NCBI GenBank assembly: GCA_903857825.1
Contig: CAIOGI010000009.1
Span: forward strand, 7,203-71,202
Direction of reading: 5' to 3'
Length of the DNA: 64,000 nt
Source of the DNA: Candidatus Tayloriibacteriota bacterium
Lineage (GTDB): Bacteria; Patescibacteriota; Minisyncoccia; Phycocordibacterales; PALSA-1337
Shown: in pieces, positions 41,096-49,022 of the stretch
How positions within the stretch are numbered: the first letter of the stretch is position 1
How the letters are laid out: each line of letters begins with the position of its first letter
The notes under the pieces: generated by a model
The model's input: the letters and a program-made list of their open reading frames with translations, nothing else
What the model was told of the DNA's origin: nothing
Database searches by the model: none
Translations under genes and position numbers: made by a program

Positions 41096-42402
41096 TGCTT
41101 TATTTTATTAATTCTCTCCCATCTATTGCGTATAACATCGCAGAACTTAGGATCAAGCTCGATCATGTATGCCCGTCGGCCGACCTTTTCCGCTGCAGCC
41201 ATTGTGCTGCCGGACCCTCCGAATGGATCGAGAACGATGTCATTTCTTTTTGTGGAATTGCGAAGCGCTCTCATTGCAAGCCAGTCTGGTTTCTCTGTCG
41301 GATGGAGATAATGAGCTACTGCCTTTCTTGGCATTTCCCAGACGTCGTATTCATTGTCGCCGTAAAATTTATGAGTGCCTTCTTTCCAGCCGTAAATGAT
41401 GCTTTGTGCCGTTTTTGGATCAGGCTTTTTTGCACGAGCTATCCATTCATGCTTGTAGCGATAATCATTCCATCCCATACTCGGCACGTTCTTCACCCAG
41501 ATGATCACTCCGGAATGCTGGAAACCATTTTGAAACATGCTTTGGAGAAATTGTGGATACGAGCTCCAACCTGAGCAGATGTAGAAGGAAGATCCCTCTT
41601 TAGTGTTGAAGAACATCTCATGGAAGGCTCCGTCTATAAATGTCTTGAAATCGGCGTCGTTCATATTGTCGTTTTTGATTGATTCATTGCCTTCGTCTTT
41701 TAATTTCTCGCCACGACTTTTATAGTTGACGTTGTACGGTGGATCAGTGAAGACCATATCAGCTTTTTCCTTTCCGAGAAGTTTTCTATACGTCTCTGGG
41801 TCGGTCGAATCTCCGCAAATCAACCTATGTGACCCGAGCTCATAAATTTCGCCAAGCTTTGAGCGTGGTTCCTTTTCAGATTCATCGCCTTCACCCTCAT
41901 CTTCCTCCTCGTCCTCAAGAGTCTGATCGAGTATCCGACTAATCTCGTCGTCTCGAAATCCTGAGGCGGGAATTGATGGAGATTCTTTGAGATCAACAAT
42001 TATTTCAAAGAGCTTTTTTTCATCCCACTTTCCCTTTATTTTATTTAGTGCAAGATTGAGGAGCTTTTCTTCTGCAAGGTGCAAATCCACGAGATTTGCG
42101 GGAATATAGGCCACTCCATCCTTGGTTTCTATGCCCTTTATAGCCTCACTTTGGGCCACAAGCCCCTCTACGGCGGTAGTTCTTTGGTGACCTCCTACCA
42201 GGACCCATTTTCGGTCGCCACATTCGTCACAGGTGTGAGTGTTTACCACAACAGACTCCACAAAGCCGAAGGTCTTGATACTTGTCTTCAAGGCCGCCAT
42301 TTCGATCTCTGGCATGATGCGGGGATTGTATTCAGCGCGCCTCAGGTCGGTTATTTTAATTTTGGTCGCTTCCATAGGTTTCTGCGAATTTGATTCGCGC
42401 AT
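41092..42402 (-). CDS. ParB-like nuclease domain fused to a beta-class N6A/N4C DNA methyltransferase
   Basis: N-terminus VLVGGHQR (ParBc). MVFTDPPYN (motif IV) precedes LDPFGGSGST (motif I), which is the beta-class order. Confidence 0.8.
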   Translation of the reverse strand: MRESNSQKPMEATKIKITDLRRAEYNPRIMPEIEMAALKTSIKTFGFVESVVVNTHTCDECGDRKWVLVGGHQRTTAVEGLVAQSEAIKGIETKDGVAYIPANLVDLHLAEEKLLNLALNKIKGKWDEKKLFEIIVDLKESPSIPASGFRDDEISRILDQTLEDEEEDEGEGDESEKEPRSKLGEIYELGSHRLICGDSTDPETYRKLLGKEKADMVFTDPPYNVNYKSRGEKLKDEGNESIKNDNMNDADFKTFIDGAFHEMFFNTKEGSSFYICSGWSSYPQFLQSMFQNGFQHSGVIIWVKNVPSMGWNDYRYKHEWIARAKKPDPKTAQSIIYGWKEGTHKFYGDNEYDVWEMPRKAVAHYLHPTEKPDWLAMRALRNSTKRNDIVLDPFGGSGSTMAAAEKVGRRAYMIELDPKFCDVIRNRWERINKIKQ

Positions 42403-42733
42403 TGATCTGGTCGACCTTTTCTTTTTCCTTACTTGTATTCACCTTGATTGCAGTAATTGTCTCATCACACGAAAGCGTAAATTCTTCGGCAGCCGCAATC
42501 TTTTTCTCGAGGTCTTTTCTTTTGACCCGAGTGACCTTCGTGGTATCGGCAAGATCGATCTTTTTGAATTCTCCATTGAGCTCATCGAGTTGCTGGAACC
42601 TGTCATCTCGGAGCTTTTCAATATCAGGAATCTTGGAGAGATCAAAGGCGATATTCATCTCCTTGCGCCAGACTTGTTCTTCAAGTTCTGCTAGGAATTC
42701 TTTTTTGTAAACTTTTATATTTTCTTTTGTCAT
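42356..42733 (-). CDS. hypothetical phage protein (coiled-coil)
   Basis: 125-aa ORF. Confidence 0.3.
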   Translation of the reverse strand: MTKENIKVYKKEFLAELEEQVWRKEMNIAFDLSKIPDIEKLRDDRFQQLDELNGEFKKIDLADTTKVTRVKRKDLEKKIAAAEEFTLSCDETITAIKVNTSKEKEKVDQINARIKFAETYGSDQN

Positions 42734-42738
42734 ATTTT

Positions 42739-43152
42739 TTAATTAATTGTGATAATTATTTCGACCCGACCTTTCCCATCCTTGGCGATTTCGCTTTTGA
42801 ATGAGCCGTCGAGATTCTTGTCGTTGTAAAAGAGAGCGTCAGCGATTGAGCCAAAGATATTCTCGGGATCGCCATGAGTGTTGTCTTTCCAGAAAATACG
42901 GATATCCATGACTGCTTTCTGACCCTCATCGAGCTTGATTGGTTTTTTGGCGACCCGCAGGGACCGCACGTAGACTTTGAAATCGATGCTTACGAGGGAT
43001 CGGAGGAATTCATCTTGGACATATACTTTCCATGCAGTGTATCTCTGAGCTTCTGGCGTCCACTGCTGCCGATATGTTTTTCTGATCTTCGGTATGGCAT
43101 TTCCCAGCCTGTCTTCCTGATTGCCGTTTAGTGTAAATGAGAATTGCTTCAT
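42739..43152 (-). CDS. RusA-like Holliday junction resolvase, candidate
   Basis: 137 aa. GDPENIFGSIADALFYNDKNL resembles the RusA catalytic D-x-DN region. Confidence 0.35.
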   Translation of the reverse strand: MKQFSFTLNGNQEDRLGNAIPKIRKTYRQQWTPEAQRYTAWKVYVQDEFLRSLVSIDFKVYVRSLRVAKKPIKLDEGQKAVMDIRIFWKDNTHGDPENIFGSIADALFYNDKNLDGSFKSEIAKDGKGRVEIIITIN

Positions 43153-43715
43153 GGTTTTTGATTAGTGGTTTTTAAAGAGAACCGATCCGTGAGATCCGCC
43201 CTGAGCCTTAAAAACTCAGGGCGGTTATCCACAGGTGGATCGGTCGAACCCCTAATACTAGGTTTCTCTTTGTTTCCTTGGTTTTGTGTGTCTACTAGGT
43301 AGACCGATTTTGGTCTATTCTTTAGACCACTTTTGGTCAATTTTCTAGACTGGTCTACTAGATTGACTACTTTATCCACAGCCATTTCGAGATTAATTTT
43401 ATAGAAATTCCCTTTGCTGTTTTTGATCGAAATGACTACCCCTGCACGGACCAGATTTTTGAGCCCTTGTGAGACTGACTGGCGGGACAATCCAGTGCCA
43501 TAATCAAGAACCACACCTCTCCGGTCCTTGATCCCTTCCATAAATTGCGAAAAACTAATGCGATCCGATTCCTTTTGAAAACCAAAGGTGCGACGGCATA
43601 TGTAAATTAAGCATCGTGCTTCAGCTTCAGGAATAAGAGGAATAATTTTGTCGAGAAGAATATTTGGTAACTGAGTGCTATTCGGTATTAAATTGTATTT
43701 TTTGTGTTCTTCCAT
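43149..43715 (-). CDS. replication initiator (phage replisome-organiser N-terminal-like wHTH); coding region contains ori-like iterons
   Basis: N-terminal YNLIPNSTQLPNILLDKIIPL..EARCLIYICRRTFG pattern. GGTCTA/TAGACC repeats and a 10-bp hairpin lie in its 3' third (43197-43370). Confidence 0.5.
   Translation of the reverse strand: MEEHKKYNLIPNSTQLPNILLDKIIPLIPEAEARCLIYICRRTFGFQKESDRISFSQFMEGIKDRRGVVLDYGTGLSRQSVSQGLKNLVRAGVVISIKNSKGNFYKINLEMAVDKVVNLVDQSRKLTKSGLKNRPKSVYLVDTQNQGNKEKPSIRGSTDPPVDNRPEFLRLRADLTDRFSLKTTNQKP
43285..43370. repeat. iteron-like cluster of GGTCTA/TAGACC direct and inverted repeats (candidate phage origin)
   Basis: tctactaggtagacc, ttttggtcta-ttcttt-agacca, ttttggtcaa, ctagactggtctactag. 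Confidence 0.45.
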
Positions 43716-43828
43716 TTTGATGAAGAAAGAAAGCGCCGGTAGGCGTTATCTTCCCTTGGCCTTCTGATCTCAATCCTCGTGCCGCTGCGGCGAGGACTGA
43801 GTCAGCGGCCAAAGTCAGCGCTTTCTCT

Positions 43829-44974
43829 CTATTTTGTTTTTGCCTTGGCCTCTGTTTTCTTGGCTGGCTTTTCGACCTTTGGTTCCGCTTGTTTCACCTC
43901 CGCAGCTTGTATCTGAATATGCTTCTGCACGAAGTCCTGGACTCTCTTGAATCCAGCTTCCAATGCTTCAGGTCGCAATGATTCGACTACCGTCCAGCTC
44001 ATGGTATCGAATGCGTATTTGATAGCGTCGATTTTGAGCTTCTTCTGGTCAGCAGATTGTCCTGGCCAAACAGAGACAAGATAGTTCTCGATCTCCTCAA
44101 GCCAACGCTTTTTCATCTGCTTCCACTCGTACTTCTCTTCCTCTGTTCGGAAGAGCGTTCCTGCATCACGTTCAGCGGTAGTCTCAAGTTTTTCGGGAGC
44201 TTCGAGCATCACATCGATCGCTGGTGCAAAGTCTTTGAAGTCAGGATTTTCGAATACCTTGCCATCGATTACTGTTGAACGGTCTTTGATGACAATGCCC
44301 TGTCTTGTTACCTTTTTAATCGAACCTCCTTCCATCTCCTGCATGCGTTCCATGAGGACAAGGAGATCTGGCTCGTAGGCTGTCTCTCCCTCGACCTTCA
44401 TCTTTATTCCCGACTTATAAATTTCTCTTTTTCCAGTTTCCTTATTGATCTCATTCTCATATTCATATCCGGCACGTCCGGTCATGATGATGTGATAAGG
44501 ATCGCGAACGAAGACATCGGAGAACTCTGTTTTCCATGTGGGTTTAATCACACCCCAGTCTTGGAATTCCAATCTGGTGCGTCGGACTTTCTCTGCGTAT
44601 GATTTGAGGAAGTCCTCCCAGACATGACTGATAGAGTCGATGATGAGAACATCGCTTGCGCCTTCTCTCATGCGGGTCATCGTTTCTTTGAGGTCGGCGA
44701 GGGATTTTGATTCGCGGACCATTACCTCGATTCCTTCCGCTGCAAACATGGATTTGAGGAACTTAGCCGCTTTCTCGGTGTCAAAGATAATGACTGGTTT
44801 CTTTGATCCGACTCTCTTATGTAGACCTATGGCAACTTTCGCTGCCGTGTAGGTTTTCCCCGTTCCGGCGAAGCCTTCGAAGGCTGCCTTGAAGTAGGGC
44901 TTGGTGTTGCCAATCAATGCGAAGAAGTTATCTTGCACTCTTGGCTTACCTGTTGTTAAATTTTGTGTGTTCAT
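43829..44974 (-). CDS. RecA-fold AAA ATPase (Sak4-like phage replication/recombination protein)
   Basis: Walker A GFAGTGKT, Walker B LIIDSISH. Lys-rich tail. Confidence 0.55.
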   Translation of the reverse strand: MNTQNLTTGKPRVQDNFFALIGNTKPYFKAAFEGFAGTGKTYTAAKVAIGLHKRVGSKKPVIIFDTEKAAKFLKSMFAAEGIEVMVRESKSLADLKETMTRMREGASDVLIIDSISHVWEDFLKSYAEKVRRTRLEFQDWGVIKPTWKTEFSDVFVRDPYHIIMTGRAGYEYENEINKETGKREIYKSGIKMKVEGETAYEPDLLVLMERMQEMEGGSIKKVTRQGIVIKDRSTVIDGKVFENPDFKDFAPAIDVMLEAPEKLETTAERDAGTLFRTEEEKYEWKQMKKRWLEEIENYLVSVWPGQSADQKKLKIDAIKYAFDTMSWTVVESLRPEALEAGFKRVQDFVQKHIQIQAAEVKQAEPKVEKPAKKTEAKAKTK

Positions 44975-45052
44975 TTTGGTTATTGACTTCCCGAGAGGTA
45001 TTTGAGAGAATGGATTTATCTTACGAATCCTATCTCTCCTCGCGGGGAGATT

Positions 45053-45346
45053 TTATTTTTTGAATAATTTAGTAATTCTTTTGTCTGCTGCGGTAAGCTG
45101 AACTTTTGTGGTCTGACCGATGATCTCACTTAACAATCCGTCATAGATGATTCCATGAGCCATAGTTATAGCTTTGTCATCTTCAGCATCGAGGTTAGTT
45201 AGCTTACCCATAAGTTCGCCCGTGTAATGGGCTACCTCGTCTAGTGCTTCAGGAAGGATCCGCTCATCAACTATCGACGGCGCTCTATCCTTCACTAGTT
45301 TCAATGCTTCTCTGGCCAATGCTTTCATTTGTGCTTGTGTTTTCAT
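45053..45346 (-). CDS. hypothetical phage early protein
   Basis: 97-aa ORF. Confidence 0.3.
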   Translation of the reverse strand: MKTQAQMKALAREALKLVKDRAPSIVDERILPEALDEVAHYTGELMGKLTNLDAEDDKAITMAHGIIYDGLLSEIIGQTTKVQLTAADKRITKLFKK

Positions 45347-45632
45347 GTGCGTATCCTATGATTCTCCGTCTGCGGATTTCTGCTTTCTCTCTGAGCATGG
45401 CTTGTCGCTCCTTACTGAGAGATGGGTTCTTCCGTAGTCGAATTTCTTTAGGTTGATAATCTATATCGATAACATCACCTATGTTCAATCGATATTTTCC
45501 TGTGAGCCATTTTCCTTCGAGGATGAGGGCGGGGATGCCATATCTTCTATAGGTAACTGCTCGAGTACTTTTATTTTTGTTTTTCATTGGTAGCATCTGC
45601 CGTTGTACATCGGCTGATCCCGTTAGGGACAA
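45285..45632 (-). CDS. SpoVT/AbrB-like swapped-hairpin DNA-binding protein, candidate
   Basis: GIPALILEGKWLTGKYRLNIGDVIDIDYQPKEIRL resembles AbrB/MazE-type barrels. Confidence 0.3.
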   Translation of the reverse strand: MSLTGSADVQRQMLPMKNKNKSTRAVTYRRYGIPALILEGKWLTGKYRLNIGDVIDIDYQPKEIRLRKNPSLSKERQAMLREKAEIRRRRIIGYAHENTSTNESIGQRSIETSEG

Positions 45633-45638
45633 TGATGA

Positions 45639-45998
45639 TTAGATTCCCTTTCCCTCTACCGCTTCATTAGCAAAATGGTTTTTAAGGAACTGATCTACAA
45701 GTTCACGCTTTCCTTTGCTACCTATGTGCCAAGTTGTAATCTCACAAATTGGCTGATCACTTTTGTATTCGTAGATTGTGACAATGGTTGGTTTTTTCAC
45801 ACCTCCAGTTTTGAAAGCCCATTCAACACGAACTTTACCGTCACCAGATTTCCACTCACCTTCTTGCGTGCAGTCATGTGGCTCTCCAAACTTTTCGACA
45901 AGCTGTTCATATGTAGCTTTTATGTAGCAGTAGAAACCAGATCCCCATACTTCCTTAAATTTAGCTTTTGCGAATTTAGAGTTAATTTTCATAATCAT
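45639..45998 (-). CDS. hypothetical protein (first gene inside the prophage boundary)
   Basis: 119-aa ORF. Confidence 0.35.
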   Translation of the reverse strand: MIMKINSKFAKAKFKEVWGSGFYCYIKATYEQLVEKFGEPHDCTQEGEWKSGDGKVRVEWAFKTGGVKKPTIVTIYEYKSDQPICEITTWHIGSKGKRELVDQFLKNHFANEAVEGKGI

Positions 45999-46039
45999 TT
46001 ATTGGTTAATAATTTCGACCTTTGTAGACGATTCCCGGA

Positions 46040-46066
46040 TATAGAAAAGACCCGGTGTTACCAGGT
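46040..46066 (-). terminator. rho-independent terminator ending the gap-cassette transcript before the prophage
   Basis: Minus strand: AAAGACCTGG-taacac-CGGGTCTTT then TTCTATAT. Located ~40 nt after the stop of fragment B. Confidence 0.45.
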
Positions 46067-46102
46067 CTTTAAATCAAATTATTAAGTTGTGAATCTTTGT
46101 CG

Positions 46103-46177
46103 CTAGACTAATCTACCCGCAGCAATGACATGATTTACGAGGGTGTATGTGTACCCCATTTCATCAATATGCCACGT
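46103..46177 (-). pseudogene. displaced GAPDH C-terminal fragment B
   Basis: Translates to TWHIDEMGYTYTLVNHVIAAGRLV*. Shares taccccatttcat with the gap 3' end. Abuts the stop of ORF 46177-46515. Confidence 0.65.
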
Positions 46178-46515
46178 CAATCTCCATCATATTTTTTATC
46201 GTACTTTCGCGAACCGAAGATCGTAATTAGAATTGGAATTAAAATTAATATCCACGTCCATGAGTCTATGGCTCTAATTGTAAGTTTTTCAACATTGCAA
46301 ACTACTCCACCATAATAACCACAAGGTGATCCTTTGATCATGAACAATATATTTGTGTGAAAGAAATTATCAGTAACATAGAAGATTCCCACCAAAACGA
46401 TTCCAACTGTCATAACAACTGATATGCAGTAAGTAATAAAACCAAGAAAGCTCAAAGAAAAAATCCACTTTATTAGCTTTTTTGTTGGATCACTATTATT
46501 TGTTTTCATATTCAT
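46177..46515 (-). CDS. small integral membrane protein (112 aa), cargo of module 2
   Basis: Three predicted TM helices. Its start lies 6 nt after the stop of fragment C. Confidence 0.45.
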   Translation of the reverse strand: MNMKTNNSDPTKKLIKWIFSLSFLGFITYCISVVMTVGIVLVGIFYVTDNFFHTNILFMIKGSPCGYYGGVVCNVEKLTIRAIDSWTWILILIPILITIFGSRKYDKKYDGD

Positions 46516-46521
46516 TGATTA

Positions 46522-46572
46522 TTAAACTACCCTCCCCGCCTTCACCACATGCTCCACCAACATATTCGTATA
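46522..46572 (-). pseudogene. displaced GAPDH C-terminal fragment C (17 codons)
   Basis: YTNMLVEHVVKAGRVV**. Nucleotides 46531-46572 are ~95% identical to 546-587 of fragment A. Confidence 0.6.
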
Positions 46573-46705
46573 CTTTACATAATTATTATAACACTTAATT
46601 CTAATGTTTCTAATATCATCATGAAAATATATGCTTAATACATGTGGGAATTTATGATTATTTTGTTTCAAAGAATTAGCAAATTATATACAAACACTTT
46701 AAAAA

Positions 46706-47149
46706 CTATTTTAGACTAGTGGTTAAATAACACCTAAAAACATGTTGCTCAATAACACTAAGGTGAAGATAAATATTACCAACACCCCAAGATTGAGATT
46801 TTTCATTTAATTCATTCTCGGTTTCTATTTCCGAAGGTTTGCCAAAAATTTTAATGAGATGCTCTGACACTTTATCAAATCCAGACAATGAGAGCTTGTC
46901 CTCCCACAAACCCTCTGGGTTCAATCCAATGTACGCAGTGATTGATTTAAAAGATTCGTCCTTTGCTATTCCATTATCCGAATAAAGAGGATACTCCAAT
47001 CCCTGTAAGTAAGTTACAGAATTCCAGGAGTACCTGTCTCCAAACCAAATTCCACCAGTATCTTTCGCTAATTCATTTAATGGCTTCCCCCATTCTAAAA
47101 TAATATCGGGTTTTTCTAAAGGAAAACCTTTTAAAAAAGGATTATTCAT
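46706..47149 (-). CDS. hypothetical protein (147 aa), cargo of module 3
   Basis: Clean ORF with no recognisable domain. Its start lies 5 nt after the stop of fragment D. Confidence 0.4.
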   Translation of the reverse strand: MNNPFLKGFPLEKPDIILEWGKPLNELAKDTGGIWFGDRYSWNSVTYLQGLEYPLYSDNGIAKDESFKSITAYIGLNPEGLWEDKLSLSGFDKVSEHLIKIFGKPSEIETENELNEKSQSWGVGNIYLHLSVIEQHVFRCYLTTSLK

Positions 47150-47154
47150 TGTAT

Positions 47155-47241
47155 TTATTTAACAAGTTCATTAGTTCCTATTACACACCTCACCAATGTA
47201 CGGGTGTACCCCATCTCATTGTCGTACCAAGCCAGCTTCAT
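47155..47241 (-). pseudogene. displaced GAPDH C-terminal fragment D
   Basis: MKLAWYDNEMGYTRTLVRCVIGTNELVK*. Differs from the intact gene at synonymous positions (GAC/GAT, GAG/GAA), so it is a diverged mimic, not a recent duplicate. Confidence 0.65.
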
Positions 47242-47351
47242 GGACTTATTATATCACAATCTTAGAAAAAACATCCCGCGCTCACCTCTTCCAAACTCGA
47301 TAGTTCAAGTGCAAACCAATCATAAATCCACCCCTGACGAATAGCAAGGAG

Positions 47352-48026
47352 TTAGGCTTTGGGTGTATAAGTTATCTGCTGCCATATTTCCGTCATTTTG
47401 GGCATATTAAATGTTATACTCTTCTGCTGCTTATTCCAATTTTTGTTCCACTCATCGATTGACACGCTGAAAACTTTTTGAATAATTGCATCCTCATCAC
47501 CTTCCATTTTTACTCTCAAACTAACACCATTAAAAGTCACGGTCCCATCGTAATAAATGCTTCCAATTTTTTCTCCCCATTTTCCTTCTGATACCCATGT
47601 AGTAATATTTGCAGACCAATCCACTATAAACCCTTCCGAACTATACTTCTTAAAGGAAATATCATTGCCAGTGAGACATCCATCAAGATCATTACCTAAG
47701 ACACCTTCCCAATAAAAGCGATAATCATCTTTAAAAGGATCCTTCCAAGTTTCTACACAATGAACACCCACAAGATTATGAATTGAAGAAAACTTTTCAA
47801 AATTTTCTAAAACAGGAAACATGAGGTTTGGTGCAGCAAAACCATCTTCACCAGAGTTTTTTGAAATATCAACACCTATTGTTCCCTGTGCATAATTGTT
47901 ATAATTTGACCCATATTCCTCCCAAGTTCCCGTGTGTATGAATATAGATAATTGAGCTTTTGAGGATTCAAAAGTTCCGTTGATTTCTTTGCTGTATGGG
48001 TAATCTTGAATTTTGAAAGTATTCAT
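47352..48026 (-). CDS. hypothetical protein (224 aa), cargo of module 4, immediately downstream of gap
   Basis: Clean ORF starting 4 nt after the gap stop. No recognisable domain. Confidence 0.4.
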   Translation of the reverse strand: MNTFKIQDYPYSKEINGTFESSKAQLSIFIHTGTWEEYGSNYNNYAQGTIGVDISKNSGEDGFAAPNLMFPVLENFEKFSSIHNLVGVHCVETWKDPFKDDYRFYWEGVLGNDLDGCLTGNDISFKKYSSEGFIVDWSANITTWVSEGKWGEKIGSIYYDGTVTFNGVSLRVKMEGDEDAIIQKVFSVSIDEWNKNWNKQQKSITFNMPKMTEIWQQITYTPKA

Positions 48027-48029
48027 ATA

Positions 48030-49022
48030 CTAAATTAGTTTTCCTGCTTCAATTACGTGTCTAACCAACGTATTCGTATACCCCATTTCATTATCGTACC
48101 AAGCCAATACCTTTACCAAATTCCCCCCAACTACTCGTGTAAACGCAAGATCTGCAATAGATGCATGCAGATTACCCTTTATATCTGAAGAAACCAAATC
48201 TTCTTCTGTAACTGTAAATATACCTTTCCAACGTGCTTCACTGGCAGCTTTCTTTAGGATTGCATTTACTTCTTCTGTTGTTGTATTTTTCTTTGAAATG
48301 AAAGTAATATCCACAATAGAACCTGTAACAACTGGAACTCGTATAGAAATACCATCAAAAAGTCCATTCAAGCTAGTCATAATCTTCGTGACAGCGATAG
48401 CTGCACCAGTCGATGAAGGAACTATGTTCTGAGCAGCTGCACGGCCTTCTCGCATGTCCTTCTTGCTTGGACCATCAACTATAGCTTGGCTGGCTGTATA
48501 GGCATGTACAGTGTTTAATAAAGCTTTTTCTACGCCAATAGCTTCATCAAGAATAGCAAGCAGAGGACTTCCAGCGTTTGTGGTACATGAGGCATTTGAT
48601 GAAATCTGACATGTGCTAAGTTTCTCCTCATTCATTGCCATTAAAACAGTTTCACCCTTTATAACTGAAGCTGGATCATCTTTTAATGGAGCTGTAACGA
48701 CAACTCTCTTTGCGCCAGCAGTGATATGAGCTTGTGCTTTATCACTAGATGTAAACAAACCAGTTGATTCAACAACAACATCAACACCAAGATCACCCCA
48801 AGGAAGTTTTGTTGGATCTTTTTCACTTAAATATTTCACTCCTTCTAATGTGCAGTCGCTCTTTCCATAAACTGAATCGTATTTTAATAGATAATTTACA
48901 TTTTCTAGAGATGTTAAATCATTTACAGCAATAACTTCTATATTTTCATTTTGCTTTGCTAATTTATAAAAAGCACGTCCTATGCGGCCGAAGCCATTAA
49001 TTGCTACTTTAATTTTTTTCAT
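48030..49022 (-). CDS. gap: glyceraldehyde-3-phosphate dehydrogenase
   Basis: NGFGRIGR NAD-binding motif, active site SNASCTTN, C-terminal WYDNEMGYTN. Confidence 0.95.
   Translation of the reverse strand: MKKIKVAINGFGRIGRAFYKLAKQNENIEVIAVNDLTSLENVNYLLKYDSVYGKSDCTLEGVKYLSEKDPTKLPWGDLGVDVVVESTGLFTSSDKAQAHITAGAKRVVVTAPLKDDPASVIKGETVLMAMNEEKLSTCQISSNASCTTNAGSPLLAILDEAIGVEKALLNTVHAYTASQAIVDGPSKKDMREGRAAAQNIVPSSTGAAIAVTKIMTSLNGLFDGISIRVPVVTGSIVDITFISKKNTTTEEVNAILKKAASEARWKGIFTVTEEDLVSSDIKGNLHASIADLAFTRVVGGNLVKVLAWYDNEMGYTNTLVRHVIEAGKLI

Larger units (their letters stand above)
646..46102. mobile_element. integrated siphovirus-like prophage with cargo (integrase at left end, replication/packaging/head/tail/lysis modules, R-M and glycosylation cargo)
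   Basis: Bounded by GAPDH-tail fragments A (520-645) and B (46103-46177). Complete morphogenetic gene set. The structural block is ~48% GC against ~33% in the flanks. Confidence 0.75.
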
